NCBI GenBank assembly: GCA_018062585.1
Contig: JAGORY010000002.1
Coordinates: forward strand, 1-42,634
Reading direction: 5' to 3'
Length of the DNA: 42,634 nucleotides
Source of the DNA: Candidatus Peribacteraceae bacterium
GTDB lineage: Bacteria; Patescibacteriota; Gracilibacteria; Peribacterales; Peribacteraceae
Numbering within the stretch: position 1 is the stretch's first letter; each line of letters begins with the position of its first letter. The position numbers and the translations under genes were made by a program. The notes beneath the pieces were generated by a model. It worked only from the letters and a program-made list of their open reading frames with translations, was not told the origin of the DNA and ran no database searches. Positions 23,338 through 31,618 of the stretch are shown here, one piece after another.

Positions 23338-25941
23338 CTACGCTGCCACCGACTTTCTCTCTTTCCTCTGCGGTTTCTGCGTGGTTGCATCGCCGTGCAT
23401 GAGCATGAGTTCGTCCTTGTCGCGGCCGACGACCTTGATGGTGTCGCCCTTCTGGAACATGCCCTTGAGGATGCTTTCGGCGATCTGGTCCTCGAGCTTA
23501 TCTTGGATCGTGCGGCGGACAGGACGTGCGCCGTACTCGGGGTCGAAGCCGAGGGTGCCGAGTATCTCGATGGCCTTGGCGTCGGTGACGAGTCCATAGC
23601 CCTGTTCTTTGAGGCGAGCACTGAGCTTATCGACATGGAGCTGGACGATCTTTCTGATGTCTTCCTGCGTCAGGGCATTGAAGACGATCGTGTGGTCGAT
23701 GCGGTTGAGGAACTCTGGCTTGAAGTGATCTTTCAGTTCTCGGAGAACTTCCTGACGCTTCTCTTCGTAAATCTGTTCCTCGCGGCGGGCATCGTCACCC
23801 AGTTTGAAGCCAATTTTTCCGGCCTCTTTCGTGAGTTTGTCGGCACCGATGTTACTCGTCATGACGATGATGGTGTTTCTAAAGTCCACTATCTTGCCCT
23901 GACCGTCGGTGAGCTGTCCGTCCTCCATGATTTGGAGCAGGATGTTGAAGAATTCGGGGTGAGCCTTCTCGATTTCATCGAACAGCACGACGGAGTAGGG
24001 CTTGCGGCGCACGGATTCCGTGAGCTGTCCGCCTTCCTCGTAGCCGACGTAGCCGGCCGTGGTGCCCGTGAGTCTGGAGACGTTGTGGCGCTCCATGAAC
24101 TCGGACATATCGATCTTGATGAGTGCGTCATCGCGTTGGAAAATCTCGGTCGCGAGCGCTTTGACGAGTTCGGTCTTACCGACACCCGTTGGCCCCATGA
24201 AGAGGAAGCTACCGATCGGGCGGCGTGCATCAGCGATGCCGACACGGCTGCGGCGGATGGCGCGGGACACTTTCTGAAGCGCGTCCTCCTGTCCGACGAT
24301 GTGCTTACGGAGCACATTCTCGAGTGAATTGAGGCGCTTCGTTTCGGACTTCATGAGACGGCTCACCGGAATACCCGTCATGCGGGCGATGACGGCGTTG
24401 ATGTCGTCTTCGTTGATCTCGACCGGCGTACGGATGTCGCCGTCTTCTTGGGAGAGCAGGATTTTTTTCTCTTCGACGAGATCTTCCTCTTCTTTACGAA
24501 GCTTCAAAGCATGCTGATATTTCTGTTCGCGGACTGCGAGTTGCTTCTTGGACTCAAGATCCTTGAGAGCCTGCTCGACTTCTTTCAGGCGAGGGGAGTG
24601 GTCGTCCTTGATGTGGATACTCTTTCCGGCGGCGGCTTCGTCGAGCACGTCGATGGCTTTGTCCGGAAGAAACCTCTCGGTGAGATAACGCTTACTGAGC
24701 TTCACGGCGGCTTCGATAGCGAGATTATCGATATGGAGCTTGTGGAAGCGCTCAAACGTACCTTTGAGACCTTGTAAGATCTTGATGGCGTCCTCGATGG
24801 AGGGTTCCTCGACCATGATCGACTGGAACCTGCGCTCGAGTGCGCGGTCCTTCTCGATACTCATGCGATACTCGTTGGTGGTCGTAGCGCCGATGACCTG
24901 AAGAGCCGAGCGACTGAGTGCCGGCTTCAGAATATTCGCGGCGTCCAAGGAACCTTCCGCGGAGCCGGAGCCGACCACAGTGTGAAGTTCGTCGATAAAC
25001 AGGATGATTTCACCTTTGCTATCCGAGGCTTCCTTGATGATGTCATCGAAACGCTGTTCAAATTCACCTCGATACTTAGTACCGGCGACGATGGAACCCA
25101 TGTTGAGCTGCAGCACGCGCTTGTTCTTGAGGCTCGGTGGCACGGTGCCGAGGACGATGCGCTGTGCGAGGCCCTCGACGATTGCGGTCTTACCGACACC
25201 GGATTCTCCGATGAGAACCGGATTATTTTTCGTTTTGCGGTTGAGAATGTGGACGAGGCGCTCGATTTCTTTGTCGCGTCCGATAATCGGATCCAACTTT
25301 TTCTCACTTGCTTTCTTCGTCATGTCGTCGCTGAAATAATCGAGTACGGGTGTCTTACTCTTCCCTTCAGCCTTACGGCGCTTGAGGCCCTCTGCCTCAG
25401 CTCCGGGTCCGCTCTGCATTCCTGACAGTGCGCCTTGGAGGCCGTGAAAGAACGATTCGAGCGACGTCTCAAGATTCTTATTCTGATTGCGGAAACTCGA
25501 AATCTGGCCGAACATTTCTTCAATATGTACTTTGAGATCGTCAGGATTGATCTGCATGCTCTCAAGAAGCATCGTCGCGGCGTTCTTACCGCTCGAGATC
25601 AATGCATAGAGAAGGTGCTCCGTGCCGATGTTGGCGTGACGGAACTTGTGAGCGATCATAACGCTCTGTTCGATGGCGGTGTTGAGCGAGAGCGAGAGTC
25701 CGTGTTTCACGTTCTGACCTTCGTCGTCGGCGTTCTTCTGCGCCTTGAGAAGTATGCGAATATTCTCGTGCGTGACACCAGCTCCGGTGAGGATCGAGAA
25801 GCCGAGTGACTTCGGAATACCGAGGAGCCCCAACAGCAAATGCTCGGATCCGATGTATTGCGATTTCATCGTCTTCGCTTCCTGCTCTGCGAGTTGCAGT
25901 GCAAGCTTCGCATTGGGCGTGAATCTATCGAAGGGATGCAT
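23338..25941 (-). CDS. clpC: ClpC-type AAA+ chaperone / Clp protease ATP-binding subunit
   Basis: Clp N-domain repeats (AKLALQLAEQEA..., IGSEHLLLGLL, IGTEHLLYAL). Two Walker A motifs GESGVGKTA and GPTGVGKTE, Walker B ILFIDELH and VVLFDEIEKAH. Short UVR-like middle domain (LAVREQKYQHALKLRKEE) and an IGF-type loop (KIGFKLG). Confidence 0.9.
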   Translation of the reverse strand: MHPFDRFTPNAKLALQLAEQEAKTMKSQYIGSEHLLLGLLGIPKSLGFSILTGAGVTHENIRILLKAQKNADDEGQNVKHGLSLSLNTAIEQSVMIAHKFRHANIGTEHLLYALISSGKNAATMLLESMQINPDDLKVHIEEMFGQISSFRNQNKNLETSLESFFHGLQGALSGMQSGPGAEAEGLKRRKAEGKSKTPVLDYFSDDMTKKASEKKLDPIIGRDKEIERLVHILNRKTKNNPVLIGESGVGKTAIVEGLAQRIVLGTVPPSLKNKRVLQLNMGSIVAGTKYRGEFEQRFDDIIKEASDSKGEIILFIDELHTVVGSGSAEGSLDAANILKPALSRSALQVIGATTTNEYRMSIEKDRALERRFQSIMVEEPSIEDAIKILQGLKGTFERFHKLHIDNLAIEAAVKLSKRYLTERFLPDKAIDVLDEAAAGKSIHIKDDHSPRLKEVEQALKDLESKKQLAVREQKYQHALKLRKEEEDLVEEKKILLSQEDGDIRTPVEINEDDINAVIARMTGIPVSRLMKSETKRLNSLENVLRKHIVGQEDALQKVSRAIRRSRVGIADARRPIGSFLFMGPTGVGKTELVKALATEIFQRDDALIKIDMSEFMERHNVSRLTGTTAGYVGYEEGGQLTESVRRKPYSVVLFDEIEKAHPEFFNILLQIMEDGQLTDGQGKIVDFRNTIIVMTSNIGADKLTKEAGKIGFKLGDDARREEQIYEEKRQEVLRELKDHFKPEFLNRIDHTIVFNALTQEDIRKIVQLHVDKLSARLKEQGYGLVTDAKAIEILGTLGFDPEYGARPVRRTIQDKLEDQIAESILKGMFQKGDTIKVVGRDKDELMLMHGDATTQKPQRKERKSVAA

Positions 25942-25963
25942 AGAGAGTGTGGAAGAGAAGAGA

Positions 25964-25990
25964 TTAGCACTCTCTCATGTCGAGTGCTAG
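25964..25990 (-). promoter_or_regulatory. CIRCE (HrcA operator) inverted repeat upstream of clpC
   Basis: TTAGCACTC-TCTCATGTC-GAGTGCTAG, against the consensus TTAGCACTC-N9-GAGTGCTAA. One mismatch. Lies 23-49 nt upstream of the clpC ATG. Confidence 0.8.
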
Positions 25991-26107
25991 AAAAATGTAG
26001 TGATCGTTAATCTTAACACGGCAACAGAGTCTGTGTGAACTGATTGGAATTGATATTTGTATGAACTAGATTTGAATGGACGAATGTTGAAAATAATTGA
26101 CATAGGG

Positions 26108-27367
26108 CTACTTTCGGCGCCTGAGAAGATAGAAGTCCTGAACGAAGATCGTAATGACCGCAGTCGTGGGAACAGCGAGGATGATGCCGACGACTGGGTG
26201 CACGGTATCTGGGAAGCTTACGCCGACGAGCATGCCGAAGATAATGGCGATGGGGGAGAGTCCGACTGCGTGCTTCATGATGAGCGGAACTAAGAGATTA
26301 TTCTCACAGAGCTGGATGACGTAGTACACGACCGCAACGACTGCGGCCCAGACGAAACCGTACTGCGAGAGTGCGATGATGACCGCCGGAAGCGCGCCGA
26401 TGAGTGGGCCTGCGTACGGGATGAACTCGGTGAAGGCAGCAAGCAAAGCGAGTGTGTGTGCGTACGGCATGCCGAGGATCTTGAGGGCGACGAAGACGAG
26501 GATGCCGATGGCGAGACACAGTATCAGCTGGCCTCTAAACCACTGCGAGATTTTCAGGTAAATGGCTTCAGCTTTGGCGTCGTAGTATCCGCGGTACTCG
26601 CGTGGCATGACCGAGCGTAGGAAGTCTGAAATCTTCTCGCGCTCGAGCTGGATAAAGAATGCGAGGACCAAGATGAGTAAGAAGTTCACGAAGAAGTTAA
26701 ACACTGATCCCGCCACCTGTACTGCGAGGCCGATCGAGAGCTGTGCAACACCTGACAGGTTCTGACCGAACTGGAAGAGGGCCGACGCACGGTCCTTGAT
26801 GCCCATTTGCTGGAGGCCATCTTGGATCATGACCGTCAGTCGCTCGTTCATGCTTTCCGAGAGGAATGTGAATTCCACATGCGGATTGATGAGGAACGAG
26901 TCGGCGGAACTATTGATGTAGCGGGCGATATCCTGCAGCTGCGACGCGACGATGGGAATGAGAGATGCGAGCAGGAAGACCGCGACGGAGATGAAGACGA
27001 GGTACAGAAGCAGCACGGCAACACCGCGCGGCACGTGCCTGCGTTCGAGCCAACGGACGTTGGTATCGATGACAACCGAGATGAAGAACGCCAGGAAGAG
27101 AAGGATGAGCTTGTCTCGGAGGACGTACAGTACGAGCGCCGCTGCGATCACGAGAATGAGCGTCATCGTCGCCTTTGCCACGGTCCCGATAGAAAGATCG
27201 AGCTGGGTCACGGTTTTCGTTTTCTGCTCGGGAGGCAGGACGGTCTTCGTGAATTTGCTTTCCTCATGCTGCATCTTGGACTTCGCCTTCGTCCACAGAG
27301 ACTGGGCTTTGGCGCTCAGGATCTGGATGGACTTGAACGAGTCGGCGGCGGAATTCTTCTTTGGCAT
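26108..27367 (-). CDS. AI-2E family transporter (PerM/UPF0118)
   Basis: About 8 TM helices with the characteristic arrangement and a C-terminal GLSPIAIIFGMLVG segment. ATG at 27367 (MPKKNSAAD...) lies 4 nt after the upstream gene stop. Confidence 0.85.
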   Translation of the reverse strand: MPKKNSAADSFKSIQILSAKAQSLWTKAKSKMQHEESKFTKTVLPPEQKTKTVTQLDLSIGTVAKATMTLILVIAAALVLYVLRDKLILLFLAFFISVVIDTNVRWLERRHVPRGVAVLLLYLVFISVAVFLLASLIPIVASQLQDIARYINSSADSFLINPHVEFTFLSESMNERLTVMIQDGLQQMGIKDRASALFQFGQNLSGVAQLSIGLAVQVAGSVFNFFVNFLLILVLAFFIQLEREKISDFLRSVMPREYRGYYDAKAEAIYLKISQWFRGQLILCLAIGILVFVALKILGMPYAHTLALLAAFTEFIPYAGPLIGALPAVIIALSQYGFVWAAVVAVVYYVIQLCENNLLVPLIMKHAVGLSPIAIIFGMLVGVSFPDTVHPVVGIILAVPTTAVITIFVQDFYLLRRRK

Positions 27368-27371
27368 GGGA

Positions 27372-27731
27372 TTAGAGGGTAACGCTAGAAACAATTGTAT
27401 CAATAATGACGTATGCGAGGAGTGAAACGGCAAGGCCGACCAAGGCCATCGTAATGCCTTTCTTGGCCTGATCCGAGCTTCCACCGGGGATAGCGGGGCC
27501 GACCATGTATCGAAATCCGTTGATCATGAGCATGATCAACGAAATAGACGCCGCCATCGCGATGACGACGAAGGTAAGATTGCTGACGTACTGCTGCGCA
27601 CAAATCCAGCCGAGACCGGGAGCGCCGACGCCGCCGTTCGTGAAAATCTGCAAACATTCAGCCGTTCCAGGATCGAGACTGGACGGCTGGGCCATGGCGA
27701 CCGGTATGAGAAAACGCAGTATATCGACCAT
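27372..27731 (-). CDS. TrbC/VirB2-like pilin candidate
   Basis: 119 aa. Signal peptide MVDILRFLIPVAMA, two Cys in the mature N-terminal part, and two hydrophobic helices separated by the loop GPAIPGGSSDQAKKG, the VirB2-type topology. Confidence 0.5.
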   Translation of the reverse strand: MVDILRFLIPVAMAQPSSLDPGTAECLQIFTNGGVGAPGLGWICAQQYVSNLTFVVIAMAASISLIMLMINGFRYMVGPAIPGGSSDQAKKGITMALVGLAVSLLAYVIIDTIVSSVTL

Positions 27732-27840
27732 GGAGCCAAGTATGCGCTTCCTCTTGGTTTAAAGTAAACATCGGAACACTCTAAAATCGCTGGCGGGACG
27801 GGTGAAAGATTGGGAGAATCCGGCTATACTGCACGGTCCC

Positions 27841-28818
27841 ATGGCCTTTTCTTGGACTACCACTCGCCGGCCCATCGTCGCACTCGCCCCTATGGCGGGC
27901 GTCACGGATGCGTCGTATCGTCAGCTCATCAAGAAAGTTGCACCCGAAACGGTGGTCTATACCGAGTTTCTGAGCACGAACGCCATTTCGTACGGCGCTG
28001 CTCGAACCTTGAAGATGCTGGAGTTCGATCCCGCGATCGAGCGGCCGTTCATCGTGCAGATCTTCGGGTCCGATCCGCAGAAATTTCTCGAGGCGTGCAA
28101 AGTCATCGAGCAAGCTGGTGCCGACGGTATCGATATCAACATGGGTTGTCCGGCTGCCAAGATCGTCTCGTCGTGTTACGGATCAGCGCTCATGCGCAAT
28201 CCCGAACTTGCGGCTGAACTTGTCGCCGCGGCGTGCAAAGCAGTCTCGATTCCGGTGAGCGTGAAGACTCGTCTCGGCTGGGACAGTCGCGAAAATCTCA
28301 TTCCGTTCTGCAAAGCCTTAGTCGGTGCGGGCGCCAAAGCACTCTCTATTCACGGCCGCAGGTACTGCGACAAATTCACCGGAAAGGCAGACTGGGAGCC
28401 GATCTACGCGCTCAAGAAGGAAGTGAGTGTACCTGTCATCGGCAACGGCGACATTGCATCTGCTGACGACGCACTTCGTTTAATCGGCAACTTAGACGGC
28501 GTCATGGTCGGCCGTGCGACGTTCGGCAATCCGTGGTTGATGCATGAAATTCAGGAAGCGCTCACGACCGGAAAAATTCCCGAGAAGCGTGAGATGACCT
28601 CGGATGAAAAATTCGGCATCTTTCAGAAGCGTGTTCCGTTTATCTTAGATCACATCGATTTGTCCGTGAAATACAAAGGAGAGAAAAGGGGAGTCCTCGA
28701 GATGCGCAGGCATCTTGGGTCATACGTGAAAGGCTTCGACGGCGCGAAGGAGCTCAGGATGAAGCTGCTGACGCTGGAAAGTTTGGATGACGTGCGCGGC
28801 ACACTGGCTGCTATTTAG
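27841..28818 (+). CDS. dusB: tRNA-dihydrouridine synthase
   Basis: IVALAPMAGVTDASYRQL, GADGIDINMGCPA and SVKTRLGW motifs. ATG at 27841 preferred over GTG at 27802. Confidence 0.9.
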   Translation: MAFSWTTTRRPIVALAPMAGVTDASYRQLIKKVAPETVVYTEFLSTNAISYGAARTLKMLEFDPAIERPFIVQIFGSDPQKFLEACKVIEQAGADGIDINMGCPAAKIVSSCYGSALMRNPELAAELVAAACKAVSIPVSVKTRLGWDSRENLIPFCKALVGAGAKALSIHGRRYCDKFTGKADWEPIYALKKEVSVPVIGNGDIASADDALRLIGNLDGVMVGRATFGNPWLMHEIQEALTTGKIPEKREMTSDEKFGIFQKRVPFILDHIDLSVKYKGEKRGVLEMRRHLGSYVKGFDGAKELRMKLLTLESLDDVRGTLAAI

Positions 28819-29417
28819 GCTTTTCCATAGAACGACCGCAAATAGTGGCGGTTCTTGTTCATGCTTGCGTTTCGGGTTTCGATGACGCTTAAGAAGCTGA
28901 ACTGGTAGGGGAGTGAGTAGCCCGGTTTTTCGAACACGAGTTCGTCGACCCCGACCGCTCCTAGGATCACGCCTTCATGGAACGGCGTGACGTCTTCCCT
29001 CTTGTTTCCGGTGCTCCACTCTACGCCAAGCGGATAGCCGAATTTCTTCTTGGCTTCGTCGAGTCTGATGAACTCACCGTGCTCCATGCCGCTCTCGGAC
29101 TCGAACGATTTATCGTCGCGCATGAGCCACTTGGCGGTCGAGCGGCAATTGAGCGGAAGATCTGCCTCGGTTCCTAAAGGAGGTTCATGAATTTTCTGTG
29201 CGCCGATCATCGTGGCGATTTTCAGGAGAATGTCGGTGTCCGCAGCCACGACGATTCCTGACTTCCCCTCGCCGATTGTGATGGCGCCGGTCGTATGCAG
29301 CGAAACGTGATGGATACCGGTAGCCGTTTCGAATCGTACGGACAGCACGTCCTCCGGTATCAAAAAAGGAGACGGTTTCCCGTCCCCTTTGAGCGCTTTA
29401 TTGACGGCAAAAGCCAT
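28815..29417 (-). CDS. Hypothetical protein translationally coupled to rplA
   Basis: 200-aa ORF whose ATG overlaps the rplA stop (TAATG at 29415-29419). No recognisable family. Does not resemble ribosomal protein L10. Confidence 0.55.
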   Translation of the reverse strand: MAFAVNKALKGDGKPSPFLIPEDVLSVRFETATGIHHVSLHTTGAITIGEGKSGIVVAADTDILLKIATMIGAQKIHEPPLGTEADLPLNCRSTAKWLMRDDKSFESESGMEHGEFIRLDEAKKKFGYPLGVEWSTGNKREDVTPFHEGVILGAVGVDELVFEKPGYSLPYQFSFLSVIETRNASMNKNRHYLRSFYGKA

Positions 29418-30124
29418 TACAGCTCGATCTTGATACCGGGACCCATCGTGGGATTGATGCTGATCGAGAGGATGTACGATGCCTTGATGCCAGACGGCTG
29501 AGCTTCTTTCACCGCGGTGATGAGAGCCTGCAAGTTCTGGGTCAGTTTCTCAGGACCGAAGCTCACTTTGCCAAACGTTCCATGGATGATGGCCTGCTTG
29601 TCCATTTTGAACTCGATGCGTCCTTTACTGAGTTCCTCGATGACTTTGGCCGGCTTGTCGGACACCGTTCCCGACTTGGGGCTCGGCATGAGGCCTTTGG
29701 GTCCGAGGACTTTGGCGAGTTTACCGAGGTCCTTCATGAGTTGGGGCATCGCGACCGTGATATCAAAATCAAGCATGCCTCCTTCGATTTGCTTGATGAG
29801 ATCGGCTGCACCGGCGTGTGTTGCTCCGGCTTTCTTGGCTTCATCGACGTAGTCGTCAGTGACGAATGCAGCGATGCGCACTTTCTTGCCCGTGCCGTGT
29901 GGCAGCGAAACAGTGCCGCGAACGAGCTGGTCGGACTGGGTCATGTCGGCGCCGATGCGGATGTGCACTTCAGCGGATCCATCAAACTTCGTGACTGCGA
30001 CCTTCGTGAGAAGAGCGACGGCGTCAGCGAGCGGATACGCAGGCTTGTCGACGAGAGTTTTCTTTTCGCGATATTTCTTGCCGCCTTTGGAGACGACATT
30101 CGCTACGTGCTTGGTCTTGCTCAT
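29417..30124 (-). CDS. rplA: 50S ribosomal protein L1
   Basis: AVALLTKVAVTKFDGSAEVHIRIGAD...GTVSLPHGTGKKVRIAAF...LGPKGLMPSPKSGTV, the canonical L1 sequence. Confidence 0.95.
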   Translation of the reverse strand: MSKTKHVANVVSKGGKKYREKKTLVDKPAYPLADAVALLTKVAVTKFDGSAEVHIRIGADMTQSDQLVRGTVSLPHGTGKKVRIAAFVTDDYVDEAKKAGATHAGAADLIKQIEGGMLDFDITVAMPQLMKDLGKLAKVLGPKGLMPSPKSGTVSDKPAKVIEELSKGRIEFKMDKQAIIHGTFGKVSFGPEKLTQNLQALITAVKEAQPSGIKASYILSISINPTMGPGIKIEL

Positions 30125-30190
30125 GTGGATTGGGGGAACGTGGTAGAAAGGGTCGCCCGAGCATAGTCAGAGGGCTCCCACGAGCGCGGA

Positions 30191-30289
30191 AAGTGTAAAG
30201 TCACAAGTGTAAAGTTACAAGTCAAAAGTCATAAGTCACAAGTACCTCTTTACTTATGACTTTAGTACGTATGACTTGTGACTGTAGCC
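30191..30289. repeat. Imperfect palindrome built from heptanucleotide repeats (AAGTNNN x8, then the inverted family)
   Basis: Left arm: AAGTGTA AAGTCAC AAGTGTA AAGTTAC AAGTCAA AAGTCAT AAGTCAC AAGTACC (30191-30246). Right arm: TCTTTAC TTATGAC TTTAGTA CGTATGAC TTGTGAC TGTAGCC (30247-30289). Confidence 0.9.
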
Positions 30290-30294
30290 TTTGC

Positions 30295-30864
30295 TTATTT
30301 GCCTTTTCTGATGCTAGTGGAGCGCTTAGCTGCCTTACGGTTCTTTGCGCTGATGTGCAGTGAGGCTGAGAGCATCATGGTGATACCGAGGAGCATCATC
30401 GTGACTGGCATTTGCCATCCGTCGGCGCGCTCCGTGATGAGGAAGCTCAACATGAGTGAGAGAGCCGCGACGAAAGCGATGAGTCCGCCGACCACTTCCA
30501 CGGTGTGCGAGAAGACGAGACGGGGGATCATGGCAGATGCGGCGTCGACTTTCGTGAGTATCCGACTGACGTGGACCATGATGCCGATGCCCGTGACGAG
30601 CAGAAGAATCAGCGCAGAGAGGAGTGGGAATTCGGGGAGCGTGTCACCAACGATGCTGATCGTAAGCTGCACGACGCTCATGCTGAGAAGCACGAGACCG
30701 AACGTCTTCCACAAATAGCAGGAGATCGCTTTGGCGATGCCTTCCGGCTTGGCACCGGGGACCATCATGCTTGGAATGAAGAGTGCGACGTAGGCGACGA
30801 CGATGACTACAAGCGCGTAGAGGAGAGTTGCGGGGTCGAACAGGCTGAAGTTGAATCCAGTCAT
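30295..30864 (-). CDS. Hypothetical polytopic membrane protein located between rplK and rplA
   Basis: 189-aa ORF with 5-6 hydrophobic helices and a basic C-terminal tail (KNRKAAKRSTSIRKGK). ATG at 30864. No family recognised. Confidence 0.6.
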   Translation of the reverse strand: MTGFNFSLFDPATLLYALVVIVVAYVALFIPSMMVPGAKPEGIAKAISCYLWKTFGLVLLSMSVVQLTISIVGDTLPEFPLLSALILLLVTGIGIMVHVSRILTKVDAASAMIPRLVFSHTVEVVGGLIAFVAALSLMLSFLITERADGWQMPVTMMLLGITMMLSASLHISAKNRKAAKRSTSIRKGK

Positions 30865-30976
30865 GGTGAAGGTGAGGAAGTTAGCGCACAGCTTACCGCT
30901 TTATGGCGCCGCATGCCGCATCCCACAGCGAAAAAAGGCTTGCGCCGCCGCATGATCGGTTTCTTGATCGCGAGCG

Positions 30977-31420
30977 TTAGGCGGCCTTCGGAAGATCGTC
31001 TTCCACGATCAGCCCCATGTTTTTTGCGGTTCCAGCGATACTTTTCATCGCGGATTCGATCTTCGTGGTGTTGAGGTCGGGCATCTTCACCTGCGCAATC
31101 TCTTTGATCTGTGACATCTTGATCGTGCCAATTTTTTCTTTATTCGGCTTGCCGGAACCTTTTTCTTTGCCGATCTTCTGGAGGATGAGGTACGAAGCGG
31201 GGGACTGCTTGAGGATGAACGTAAAACTGCGATCCTCGTAGATCGTGATCTCAGCGGGGATCACCTGACCCATCTGGCCTTTCGTCTTATCGTTGAACTG
31301 GAGGCAGAACTGCTGAATGTTGATACCGGCCTGTCCGAGCACGGGACCGAGTGGCGGAGCCGGATTGGCCTGGCCACCTCTTGCCTGCACTTTGATGACT
31401 TTCATGATCTTTTTTGCCAT
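30977..31420 (-). CDS. rplK: 50S ribosomal protein L11
   Basis: [34 protein letters not shown]...[19 protein letters not shown], the canonical L11 sequence. Confidence 0.95.
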   Translation of the reverse strand: MAKKIMKVIKVQARGGQANPAPPLGPVLGQAGINIQQFCLQFNDKTKGQMGQVIPAEITIYEDRSFTFILKQSPASYLILQKIGKEKGSGKPNKEKIGTIKMSQIKEIAQVKMPDLNTTKIESAMKSIAGTAKNMGLIVEDDLPKAA

Positions 31421-31483
31421 AGCCGCTGCACTTTACTGATGTTTATCTGGGTAGTCAATTGTCTGAGAAGCGGGAGGAAATGC

Positions 31484-31606
31484 GGGTAGCGGGTAGCGAG
31501 TAGCGGGTAGTTAATGACTATAGAAAAAGGCAATTGGCCTTTTTTTCATTGCTACAAGCCAATTGCTACTGGCTAACAGCTACCCGCTAACTTCTACCCG
31601 CTACCT
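31484..31606. repeat. Inverted heptanucleotide arrays (GGGTAGC)4 and (GCTACCC-like)8 flanking a central hairpin
   Basis: 31484-31511: GGGTAGC GGGTAGC GAGTAGC GGGTAGT. 31551-31606: GCTACAA GCCAATT GCTACTG GCTAACA GCTACCC GCTAACT TCTACCC GCTACCT. A solitary GGGTAGT lies at 31449-31455. Confidence 0.9.
31524..31546. terminator. A/T-flanked hairpin (possible bidirectional terminator)
   Basis: Stem AAAAAGGC/GCCTTTTT with loop AATTG, followed by extra T residues. Only three G:C pairs, so it is weak on its own. Confidence 0.35.
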
Positions 31607-31618
31607 ACAAACCATTCG

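Noticed and set aside
22980-23636. 218-aa minus-strand ORF spanning the PrgI-like start, the heptad array and the clpC 3-prime end
   Set aside because: It is extremely Ser/Arg/Thr/Ala-rich and overlaps two well-supported genes in other frames. It is kept open partly by the stop-free heptad repeat. Judged spurious.
23326-24327. 333-aa plus-strand ORF, with several shorter ones up to 25990, antisense to clpC
   Set aside because: clpC on the minus strand has unmistakable AAA+ motifs over its full length. The antisense ORFs have mirror-image Asp/Glu/Leu/Val-rich composition and no motifs, which is typical of shadow ORFs.
26807-27425. Plus-strand ORFs (191 and 157 aa) antisense to the AI-2E transporter gene
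   Set aside because: Highly charged (Asp/Glu/Arg) mirror of a hydrophobic membrane protein gene. Spurious.
28815-29417. The ORF after rplA as ribosomal protein L10 (rplJ)
   Set aside because: Position suggested L10, but the sequence lacks the L10 N-terminal pattern and the C-terminal L7/L12-binding helix. It is called hypothetical instead.
29582-30166. 194-aa plus-strand ORF antisense to rplA
   Set aside because: rplA on the minus strand is unambiguous. The plus ORF is a shadow.
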